DNA from: Auanema rhodensis
Taxonomy: Eukaryota > Animalia > Nematoda
NCBI GenBank assembly: GCA_964057225.1
Contig: OZ059896.1
Span: 4,960,001 to 5,024,000 of the forward strand
Reading direction: 5' to 3'
DNA length: 64,000 nt
Shown here: positions 1 through 12,300 of the stretch, piece after piece
Layout: the number at the start of each line of letters is the position of its first letter
Numbering within the stretch: the stretch's first letter is position 1
Translations under genes and position numbers: made by a program
Notes under the pieces: model-generated
Database searches by the model: none
Told to the model about the DNA's origin: nothing
The model's input: only the letters and a program-made list of their open reading frames with translations

Positions 1-8
1 TCTTTATC

Positions 9-25
9 TTTCACGTGAAGCGAGT
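9..25 (+). other. Degenerate CENP-B-box-like 17-mer overlapping the palindrome TTCACGTGAA (first copy; present in most monomers)
   Basis: TTTCACGTGAAGCGAGT versus YTTCGTTGGAARCGGGA matches 11/17 overall and 7/9 core positions. This is similarity only; function is not shown. Confidence 0.3.
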
Positions 26-92
26 TACATACCAAGTGCACATCACGTGTACATTTAATTAGCATAAATTAAAGTTCACGTAAATTTCAAAG

Positions 93-107
93 TCATGGTT
101 ACCATGA
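93..107. other. 15-bp interrupted palindrome TCATGGT-T-ACCATGA (first copy; 13-bp core CATGGTTACCATG in nearly all monomers)
   Basis: Directly visible. It contains a BstEII site (GGTTACC), useful for a monomer ladder digest. Confidence 0.9.
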
Positions 108-3100
108 ACCAATATCAATAAAAATTTGTTTTTAGACTAATATGGACATGGGGAATCTAATTTTGAAAACCGCATCTCTTTATCTTTCACGTGAAGCGAG
201 TTACATACCAAGTGCACATCACGTGTACATTTAATTAGCATAAATTAAAGTTCACGTAAATTTCAAAGTCATGGTTACCATGCACCAATATCAATAAAAA
301 TTTGTTTTTAGACTAATATGGACATGGGGAATCTAATTTTGAAAACGTCATCTCTTTATCTTTCACGTGAAGCGAGTTACATACCAAGTGCACATCACGT
401 GTACATTTAATTAGCATAAATTAAAGTTCACGTAAATTTCAAAGTCATGGTTACCATGAACCAATATCAATAAAAATTTGTTTTTAGACTAATATGGACA
501 TGGGGAATCTAATTTTGAAAACCGCATCTCTTTATCTTTCACGTGAAGCGAGTTACATACCAAGTGCACATCACGTGTACATTTAATTAGCATAAATTAA
601 AGTTCACGTAAATTTCAAAGTCATGGTTACCATGCACCAATATCAATAAAAATTCGTTTTTCGACTAATATGGACATGGGGAATCTAATTTCGAAAACCG
701 CATCTCTTTATCTTTCACGTGAAGCGAGTTACATACCAAGTGCACATCACGTGTACATTCAATTAGCATAAATTAAAGTTCACGTAAATTTCAAAGTCAT
801 GATTACCATACACCAATATCGATAAAAATTTGTTTTTAGACTAATATGGACATGGGGAATCTAATTTTGAAAACCGCATCTCTTTATCTTTCATGTGAAG
901 CGAGTTACATTCCAGGTGCACATCACGTGTACATTTATTTAGCATAAATTAAAGTTCACGTAAATTTCAAAGTCATGGTTACCATGAACCAATATCAATA
1001 AAAATTTGTTTTTAGACTAATATGGACATGGGGAATCTAATTTTGCAAACCGCATCTCTTTATCTTTCACGTGAGGCGAGTTACATACCAAGTGCACATC
1101 ACGTGTACATTTAATTAGCATAAATTAAAGTTCACGTAAATTTCAAAGTCATGGTTACCATGAACCAATATCAATAAAAATTTGTTTTTAGACTAATATG
1201 GACATGGGGAATCTAATTTTGAAAACCGCATCTCTTTATCTTTCACGTGAAGCGAAATACATACCAAGTGCACATCACGTGTACATTTAATTAGCATAAA
1301 TTAAAGTTCACGTAAATTTCAAAGTCATGGTTACCATGCACCAATATCAATAAAAATTTGTTTTTAGACTAATATGGACATGGGGAATCTAATTTCGAAA
1401 ACCGCATCTCTTTATCTTTCACGTGAAGCGAGTTACATACCAAGTGCACATCACGTGTACATTCAATTAGCATAAATTATAGTTCACGTAAATTTCAAAG
1501 TCATGGTTAGCATGAACCAATATCAATAAAAATTTGTTTTTAGACTAATATGGACATGGGGAATCTAATTTTGAAAACCGCATCTCTTTATCTTTCACGT
1601 GAAGCGAGTTACATTCCAGGAGCACATCACGTGTACATTTATTTAGCATAAATTAAAGTTCACGTAAATTTCAAAGTCATGGTTACCATGAACCAATATC
1701 AATAAAAATTTGTTTTTAGACTAATATGGACATGGGGAATCTAATTTTGCAAACCGCATCTCTTTATCTTTCACGTGAAGCGAGTCACATACCAAGTGCA
1801 CATCACGTGTACATTCAATTAGCATAAATTAAAGTTCACGTAAATTTCAAAGTCATGGTTACCATGCACCAATATCAATAAAAATTTGTTTTTAGACTAA
1901 TATGAACATGGGGAATCTAATTTTGAAAACCGCATCTCTTTATCTTCCACGTGAAGCGAGTTACATACCAAGTGCACATCACGTGTACATTTAATTAGCA
2001 TAAATTAAAGTTCACGTAATTTTCAAAGTCATGGTTACCATGAACCAATATCAATAAAAATTTGTTTTTAGACTAATATGGACATGGGGAATCTAATTTT
2101 GAAAACCGCATCTATTTATCTTTCACGCGAAGCGAGTTACATACCAAGTGCACATCACGTGTACATTTAATTAGCATAAAGTAAAGTTCACGTAAATTTC
2201 AAAATCATGGTTACCATGAACCAATATCAATAAAAATTTGTTTTTAGACTAATATGGACATGGGGAATCTAATTTCGAAAACCGCATCTCTTTATCTTTC
2301 ACGTGAAGCGAGTTACATACCAAGTGCACATCACGTGTACATTCAATTAGCATAAATTAAAGTTCACGTAATTTTCAAAGTCATGGTTACCATGCACCAA
2401 TATCAATAAAAATTTGTTTTTAGACTAATATGGACATGGGGAATCTAATTTTGAATACCGCATCTCTTTATCTTTCACGTGAAGCGAGTTACATACCAAG
2501 TGCACATCACGTGTACATTTAATTAGCATAAATTAAAGTTCACTTAAATTTCAAAGTCATGGTTACCATGCATCAATATCAATAAAATTTTGTTTTTAGA
2601 CTAATATGGACATGGGGAATCTAATTTTGAAAACCGCATCTCTTTATCTTTCACGTGAAGCGAGTTACATACCAAGTGCACATCACGTGTACATTTAATT
2701 AGCATAAATTAAAGTTCACGTAAATTTCAAAGTCATGGTTAGCATGAACCAATATCAATAAAAATTTGTTTTTAGACTAATATGGACATGGGGAATCTAA
2801 TTTTGAAAACGTCATCTCTTTATCTTTCACGTGAAGCGAGTTACATACCAAGTGCACATCACGTGTACATTTAATTAGCATAAATTAAAGTTCACGTAAA
2901 TTTCAAAGTCATGGTTACCATGAACCAATATCAATAAAAATTTGTTTTTAGACTAATATGGACATGGGGAATCTAATTTTGAAAACCGCATCTCTTTATC
3001 TTTCACGTGAAGCGAGTTACATACCAAGTGCACATCACGTGTACATTTAATTAGCATAAATTAAAGTTCACGTAAATTTCAAAGTCATGGTTACCATGCA

Positions 3101-6100
3101 CCAATATCAATAAAAATTTGTTTTTAGACTAATATGGACATGGGGAATCTAATTTTGAAAACGTCATCTCTTTATCTTTCACGTGAAGCGAGTTACATAC
3201 CAAGTGCACATCACGTGTACATTTAATTAGCATAAATTAAAGTTCACGTAAATTTCAAAGTCATGGTTACCATGAACCAATATCAATAAAAATTTGTTTT
3301 TAGACTAATATGGACATGGGGAATCTAATTTTGAAAACCGCATCTCTTTATCTTTCACGTGAAGCGAGTTACATACCAAGTGCACATCACGTGTACATTT
3401 AATTAGCATAAATTAAAGTTCACGTAAATTTCAAAGTCATGGTTACCATGCACCAATATCAATAAAAATTCGTTTTTCGACTAATATGGACATGGGGAAT
3501 CTAATTTCGAAAACCGCATCTCTTTATCTTTCACGTGAAGCGAGTTACATACCAAGTGCACATCACGTGTACATTCAATTAGCATAAATTAAAGTTCACG
3601 TAAATTTCAAAGTCATGATTACCATACACCAATATCAATAAAAATTTGTTTTTAGACTAATATGGACATGGGGAATCTAATTTTGAAAACCGCATCTCTT
3701 TATCTTTCATGTGAAGCGAGTTACATTCCAGGTGCACATCACGTGTACATTTATTTAGCATAAATTAAAGTTCACGTAAATTTCAAAGTCATGGTTACCA
3801 TGAACCAATATCAATAAAAATTTGTTTTTAGACTAATATGGACATGGGGAATCTAATTTTGCAAACCGCATCTCTTTATCTTTCACGTGAGGCGAGTTAC
3901 ATACCAAGTGCACATCACGTGTACATTTAATTAGCATAAATTAAAGTTCACGTAAATTTCAAAGTCATGGTTACCATGAACCAATATCAATAAAAATTTG
4001 TTTTTAGACTAATATGGACATGGGGAATCTAATTTTGAAAACCGCATCTCTTTATCTTTCACGTGAAGCGAAATACATACCAAGTGCACATCACGTGTAC
4101 ATTTAATTAGCATAAATTAAAGTTCACGTAAATTTCAAAGTCATGGTTACCATGAACCAATATCAATAAAAATTTGTTTTTAGACTAATATGGACATGGG
4201 GAATCTAATTTTGAAAACCGCATCTCTTTATATTTCACGTGAAGCGAGTTACATACCAAGTGCACATCACGTGTACATTTAATTAGCATAAATTAAAGTT
4301 CACGTAAATTTCAAAGTCATGGTTACCATGCACCAATATCAATAAAAATTTGTTTTTAGACTAATATGGACATGGTGAATCTAATTTTGAAAACCGCATC
4401 TCTTTATCTTTCACGTGAAGCGAGTTACATACCAAGTGCACATCACGTGTACATTTAATTAGAATAAATTAAAGTTCACGTAAATTTCAAAGTCATGATT
4501 ACCATGAACCAATATCAATAAAAATTTGTTTTTAGACTAATATGGACATGGGGAATCTAATTTTGAAAACCGCATCTCTTTATCTTTCACGTGAAGCGAG
4601 TTACATACCAAGTGCACATCACGTGTACATTTAATTAGCATAAATTAAAGTTCACGTAAATTTCAAAGTCATGGTTACCATGCACCAATATCAATAAAAA
4701 TTTGTTTTTAGACTAATATGGACATGGGGAATCTAATTTTGAAAACGTCATCTCTTTATCTTTCACGTGAAGCGAGTTACATACCAAGTGCACATCACGT
4801 GTACATTTAATTAGCATAAATTAAAGTTCACGTAAATTTCAAAGTCATGGTTACCATGCACCAATATCAATAAAATTTTGTTTTTAGACTAATATGGACA
4901 TGGGGAATCTAATTATGAAAACCGCATCTCTTTATCTTTCACGTGAAGCGAGTTACATACCAAGTGCACATCACGTGTACATTTAATTAGCATAAATTAA
5001 AGTTCACGTAAATTTCAAAGTCATGGTTACCATGAACCAATATCAATAAAAATTTGTTTTTAGACTAATATGGACATGGGGAATCTAATTTTGAAAACCG
5101 CATCTCTTTATCTTTCACGTGAAGCGAGTTACATACCAAGTGCACATCACGTGTACATTTAATTAGCATAAATTAAAGTTCACGTAAATTTCAAAGTCAT
5201 GGTTACCATGCACCAATATCAATAAAAATTTGTTTTTAGACTAATATGGACATGGGGAATCTAATTTCGAAAACCGCATCTCTTTATCTTTCACGTGAAG
5301 CGAGTTACATACCAAGTGCACATCACGTGTACATTCAATTAGCATAAATTAAAGTTCACGTAAATTTCAAAGTCATGGTTAGCATGAACCAATATCAATA
5401 AAAATTTGTTTTTAGACTAATATGGACATGGGGAATCTAATTTTGAAAACCGCATCTCTTTATCTTTCACGTGAAGCGAGTTACATTCCAGGTGCACATC
5501 ACGTGTACATTTATTTAGCATAAATTAAAGTTCACGTAAATTTCAAAGTCATGGTTACCATGAACCAATATCAATAAAAATTTGTTTTTAGACTAATATG
5601 GACATGGGGAATCTAATTTTGCAAACCGCATCTCTTTATCTTTCACGTGAAGCGAGTCACATACCAAGTGCACATCACGTGTACATTCAATTAGCATAAA
5701 TTAAAGTTCACGTAAATTTCAAAGTCATGGTTACCATGCACCAATATCAATAAAAATTTGTTTTTAGACTAATATGAACATGGGGAATCTAATTTTGAAA
5801 ACCGCATCTCTTTATCTTCCACGTGAAGCGAGTTACATACCAAGTGCACATCACGTGTACATTTAATTAGCATAAATTAAAGTTCACGTAATTTTCAAAG
5901 TCATGGTTACCATGAACCAATATCAATAAAAATTTGTTTTTAGACTAATATGGACATGGGGAATCTAATTTTGAAAACCGCATCTATTTATCTTTCACGC
6001 GAAGCGAGTTACATACCAAGTGCACATCACGTGTACATTTAATTAGCATAAAGTAAAGTTCACGTAAATTTCAAAATCATGGTTACCATGAACCAATATC

Positions 6101-6336
6101 AATAAAAATTTGTTTTTAGACTCATATGGACATGGGGAATCTAATTTTGAAAACCGCATCTCGTTATCTTTCACGTGAGGCGAGTTACATACCAAGTGCA
6201 CATCACGTGTACATTTAATTAGCATAAGTTAAAGTTCACGTAAATTTCAAAGTCATGGTTACCATGCACCAATATCAATAAAAATTTGTTTTTAGACTAA
6301 TATGGACATGGGGAATCTAATTTTGAAAACCGCATC

Positions 6337-9300
6337 TCTTTATCTTTCACGTGAAGCGAGTTACATACCAAGTGCACATCACGTGTACATTTAATTAGCA
6401 TAAATTAAAGTTCACTTAAATCTCAAAGTCATGGTTACCATGCATCAATATCAATCAAATTTTGTTTTTAGACTAATATGGACATGGGGAATCTAATTTT
6501 GAAAACCGCATCTCTTTATCTTTCACGTGAAGCGAGTTACATACCAAGTGCACATCACGTGTACATTTAATTAGCATAAATTAAAGTTCACATAAATTTC
6601 AAACTCATGGTTACCATGCACCAATATCAATAAAAATTTGTTTTTAGACTAATATGGACATGGGGAATCTAATTTTGAAAAACGCATCTCTTTATCTTTC
6701 ACGTGAAGCGAGTTACATACCAAGTGCACATCACGTGTACATTTAATTAGCATAAATTAAAGTTCACGTAAATTTCAAAGTCATGGTTACCATGCACCAA
6801 TATCAATAAAATTTTGTTTTTAGACTAATATGGACATGGGGAATCTAATTTTGAAAACCGCATCTCTTTATCTTTCACGTGAAGCGAGTTACATACCAAG
6901 TGCACATCACGTGTACATTTAATTAGCATAAATTAAAGTTCACGTAAATTTCAAACTCATGGTTACCATGAACCAATATCAATAAAAATTTGTTTTTAGA
7001 CTAATATGGACATGGAGAATCTAATTATGAAAACCGCATCTCTTTATCTTTCACGTGAAGCGAGTTACATACCAAGTGCACATCACGTGTACATTTAATT
7101 AGCATAAATTAAAGTTCACGTAAATTTCAAAGTCATGGTTACCATGCACCAATATCAATAAAATTTTGTTTTTAGACTAATATGGACATGGGGAATCTAA
7201 TTTTGAAAACCGCATCTCTTTATTTTTCACGTGAAGCGAGTTACATACCAAGTGCACATCACGTGTACATTTAATTAGCATAAATTAAAGTTCACGTAAA
7301 TTTCAAAGTCATGGTTACCATGCACCAATATCAATGAAATTTTGTTTTTAGACTAATATGGACATGGGGAATCTAATTTTGAAAACCGCATCTCTTTATC
7401 TTTCACGTGAAGCGAGTTACATACCAAGTGCACATCACGTGTACATTTAATTAGCATAAATTAAAGTTCACGTAAACTTCAAACTCATGGTTACCATACA
7501 CCAATATCAATAAAAATTTGTTTTTAGAGTAATATGGACATGGAGAATCTATTTTTAAAAACCGCATCTCTTTATCTTTCACGTGAATCGAGTTACATAC
7601 CAAGTGCACATCACGTGTACATTTAATTAGCATAAATTAAAGTTCACGTAAATTTCAAACTCATGGTTACCATGCACCAATATCAATAAAAATTTGTTTT
7701 TAGACTAATATGGACATGGAGAATCTAATTTTGAAAACCGCATCTCTTTATCTTTCACGTGAAGCGAGTTACATACCAAGTGCACATCACGTGTACATTT
7801 AATTAGCATAAATTAAAGTTCACGTAAATTTCAAACTCATGGTTACCATGCACCAATATCAATAAAAATTTGTTTTTAGAGTAATATGGACATGGAGAAT
7901 CTATTTTTAAAAACCGCATCTCTTTATCTTTCACGTGAATCGAGTTACATACCAAGTGCACATCACGTGTACATTTAATTAGCATAAATTAAAGTTCACG
8001 TAAATTTCAAACTCATGGTTACCATGCACCAATATCAATACAATTTTGTTTTTAGACTAATATGGACATGGGGAATCTAATTTTGAAAACCGCATCTCTT
8101 TATCTTTCACGTGAAGCGAGTTACATACCAAGTGCACATCACGTGTACATTTAATTAGCATAAATTAAAGTTCACTTAAATTTCAAAGTCATGGTTACCA
8201 TGCACCAATATCAATAAAAATTTGTTTTTAGACTAATATGGACATGGGGAATCTAATTTTCAAAACCGCATCTCTTTATCTTTCACGTGAAGCGAGTTAC
8301 ATACCAAGTGCACATCACGTGTACATTTAATTAGCATAAATTAAAGTTCACTTAAATTTCAAAGTCATGGTTACCATGCATCAATATCAATAAAATTTTG
8401 TTTTTAGACTAATATGGACATGGGGAATCTAATTTTGAATACCGCATCTCTTTATCTTTCACGTGAAGCGAGTTACATACCAAGTGCACATCACGTGTAC
8501 ATTTAATTAGCATAAATTAAAGTTCACGTAAATTTCAAAGTCATGGTTACCATGCACCAATATCAATAAAAATTTGTTTTTAGACTAATATGGACATGGG
8601 GAATCTAATTTTGAAAACGTCATCTCTTTATCTTTCACGTGAAGCGAGTTACATACCAAGTGCACATCACGTGTACATTTAATTAGCATAAATTAAAGTT
8701 CACGTAAATTTCAAAGTCATGGTTACCATGCACCAATATCAATAAAAATTTGTTTTTAGACTAATATGGACATGGGGAATCTAATTTTCAAAACCGCATC
8801 TCTTTATCTTTCACGTGAAGCGAGTTACATACCAAGTGCACATCACGTGTACATTTAATTAGCATAAATTAAAGTTCACTTAAATTTGAAAGTCATGGTT
8901 ACCATGCAGCAATATCAATAAAATTTTGTTTTTAGACTAATATGGACATGGGGAATCTAATTTTGAAAACCGCATCTCTTTATCTTTCACGTGAAGCGAG
9001 TTACATACCAAGTGCACATCACGTGTACATTTAATTAGCATAAATTAAAGTTCACGTAAATTTCAAACTCATGGTTACCATGCACCAATATCAATAAAAA
9101 TTTGTTTTTAGACTAATATGGACATGGGGAATCTATATTTGAAAAACGCATCTCTTTATCTTTCACGTGAAGCGAGTTACATACCAAGTGCACATCACGT
9201 GTACATTTAATTAGCATAAATCAAAGTTCACGTAAATTTCAAAGTCATGGTTACCATGCACCAATATCAATAAAATTTTGTTTTTAGACTAATATGGACA

Positions 9301-12300
9301 TGGGGAATCTAATTTTGAAAACCGCATCTCTTTATTTTTCACGTGAAGCGAGTTACATACCAAGTGCACATCACGTGTACATTTAATTAGCATAAATTAA
9401 AGTTCACGTAAATTTCAAACTCATGGTTACCATACACCAATATCAATAAAAATTTGTTTTTAGACTAATATGGACATGGAGAATCTAATTTTAAAAACCG
9501 CATCTCTTTATCTTTCACGTGAAGCGAGTTACATACCAAGTGCACATCACGTGTACATTTAATTAGCATAAATTAAAGTTCACGTAAATTTCAAAGTCAT
9601 GGTTACCATGCACCAATATCAATAAAATTTTGTTTTTAGACTAATATGGACATGGGGAATCTAATTTTGAAAACCGCATCTCTTTATCTTTCACGTGAAG
9701 CGAGTTACATACCAAGTGCACATCACGTGTACATTTAATTAGCATAAATTAAAGTTCACTTAAATTTCAAAGTCATGGTTACCATGCATCAATATCAATA
9801 AAATTTTGTTTTTAGACTAATATGGACATGGGGAATCTAATTTTGAAAACCGCATCTCTTTATCTTTCACGTGAAGCGAGTTACATACCAAGTGCACATC
9901 ACGTGTACATTTAATTAGCATAAATTAAAGTTCACATAAATTTCAAACTCATGGTTACCATGCACCAATATCAATAAAAATTTGTTTTTAGACTAATATG
10001 GACATGGGGAATCTAATTTTGAAAAACGCATCTCTTTATCTTTCACGTGAAGCGAGTTACATACCAAGTGCACATCACGTGTACATTTAATTAGCATAAA
10101 TTAAAGTTCACGTAAATTTCAAAGTCATGGTTACCATGCACCAATATCAATAAAATTTTGTTTTTAGACTAATATGGACATGGGGAATCTAATTTTGAAA
10201 ACCGCATCTCTTTATCTTTCACGTGAAGCGAGTTACATACCAAGTGCACATCACGTGTACATTTAATTAGCATAAATTAAAGTTCACGTAAATTTCAAAC
10301 TCATGGTTACCATGAACCAATATCAATAAAAATTTGTTTTTAGACTAATATGGACATGGAGAATCTAATTATGAAAACCGCATCTCTTTATCTTTCACGT
10401 GAAGCGAGTTACATACCAAGTGCACATCACGTGTACATTTAATTAGCATAAATTAAAGTTCACGTAAATTTCAAAGTCATGGTTACCATGCACCAATATC
10501 AATAAAATTTTGTTTTTAGACTAATATGGACATGGGGAATCTAATTTTGGAAACCGCATCTCTTTATCTTTCACGTGAAGCGAGTTACATACCAAGTGCA
10601 CATCACGTGTACATTTAATTAGCATAAATTAAAGTTCACGTAAACTTCAAACTCATGGTTACCATACACCAATATCAATAAAAATTTGTTTTTAGACTAA
10701 TATGGACATGGAGAATCTAATTTTGAAAACCGCATCTCTTTATCTTTCACGTGAAGCGAGTTACATACCAAGTGCACATCACGTGTACATTTAATTAGCA
10801 TAAATTAAAGTTCACGTAAATTTCAAACTCATGGTTACCATGCACCAATATCAATAAAAATTTGTTTTTAGAGTAATATGGACATGGAGAATCTATTTTT
10901 AAAAACCGCATCTCTTTATCTTTCACGTGAAGCGAGTTACATACCAAGTGCACATCACGTGTACATTTAATTAGCATAAATTAAAGTTCACGTAAATTTC
11001 AAACTCATGGTTACCATGCACCAATATCAATAAAATTTTGTTTTTAGACTAATATGGACATGGGGAATCTAATTTTGAAAACCGCATCTCTTTATCTTTC
11101 ACGTGAAGCGAGTTACATACCAAGTGCACATCCCGTGTACATTTAATTAGCATAAATTAAAGTTCACGTAAATTTCAAACTCATGGTTACCATGCACCAA
11201 TATCAATAAAAATTTGTTTTTAGACTAATATGGACATGGGGAATCTAATTTTGAAAACCGCATCTCTTTATCTTTCACGTGAAGCGAGTTACATACCAAG
11301 TGCACATCACGTGTACATTTAATTAGCATAAATTAAAGTTCACTTAAATTTCAAAGTCATGGTTACCATGCATCAATATCAATAAAATTTTGTTTTTAGA
11401 CTAATATGGACATGGGGAATCTAATTTTGAAAACCGCATCTCTTTATCTTTCACGTGAAGCGAGTTACATACCAAGTGCACATCACGTGTACATTTAATT
11501 AGCATAAATTAAAGTTCACATAAATTTCAAACTCATGGTTACCATGCACCAATATCAATAAAAATTTGTTTTTAGACTAATATGGACATGGGGAATCTAA
11601 TTTTGAAAAACGCATCTCTTTATCTTTCACGTGAAGCGAGTTACATACCAAGTGCACATCACGTGTACATTTAATTAGCATAAATTAAAGTTCACGTAAA
11701 TTTCAAAGTCATGGTTACCATGCACCAATATCAATAAAATTTTGTTTTTAGACTAATATGGACATGGGGAATCTAATTTTGAAAACCGCATCTCTTTATC
11801 TTTCACGTGAAGCGAGTTACATACCAAGTGCACATCACGTGTACATTTAATTAGCATAAATTAAAGTTCACGTAAATTTCAAACTCATGGTTACCATGAA
11901 CCAATATCAATAAAAATTTGTTTTTAGACTAATATGGACATGGAGAATCTAATTATGAAAACCGCATCTCTTTATCTTTCACGTGAAGCGAGTTACATAC
12001 CAAGTGCACATCACGTGTACATTTAATTAGCATAAATTAAAGTTCACGTAAATTTCAAAGTCATGGTTACCATGCACCAATATCAATAAAATTTTGTTTT
12101 TAGACTAATATGGACATGGGGAATCTAATTTTGAAAACCGCATCTCTTTATTTTTCACGTGAAGCGAGTTACATACCAAGTGCACATCACGTGTACATTT
12201 AATTAGCATAAATTAAAGTTCACGTAAATTTCAAAGTCATGGTTACCATGCACCAATATCAATGAAATTTTGTTTTTAGACTAATATGGACATGGGGAAT

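Larger units (their letters stand above)
1..6336. repeat. Satellite haplotype domain A
   Basis: Background AAAGTC/GGGG with frequent GAACC. Private variants: ATTCGTTTTTCGACT (655, 3471), GCGAAATAC (1255, 4071), GAGTCAC (1786, 5658), TATGAAC (1905, 5777), TTCCAGG and TTGCAAACC. Boundary is approximate. Confidence 0.8.

Noticed and set aside
42-145. Budding-yeast point-centromere layout: ATCACGTG (CDEI-like), a 77-bp spacer, then TGTTTTT (start of CDEIII)
   Set aside because: The spacer is only ~77% AT versus more than 90% for CDEII, the essential CCG of CDEIII is missing at the expected place, and point centromeres are not tandemly arrayed.
1-176. Identity with Brassica CentBr (176 bp), Arabidopsis CEN178, honeybee AluI (176 bp) or primate alpha satellite
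   Set aside because: Only the length is similar. The unit lacks the AAGCTT or AGCT sites that define the first three, has no canonical CENP-B box, and shows no similarity I can recognise. A database search is needed for a firm answer.
1-176. 5S rRNA, tRNA, snRNA or spliced-leader tandem gene unit
   Set aside because: No recognisable Pol III A/B/C boxes, cloverleaf or conserved RNA motif. The hairpins are short and AT-rich, and there is no gene-plus-spacer partition.
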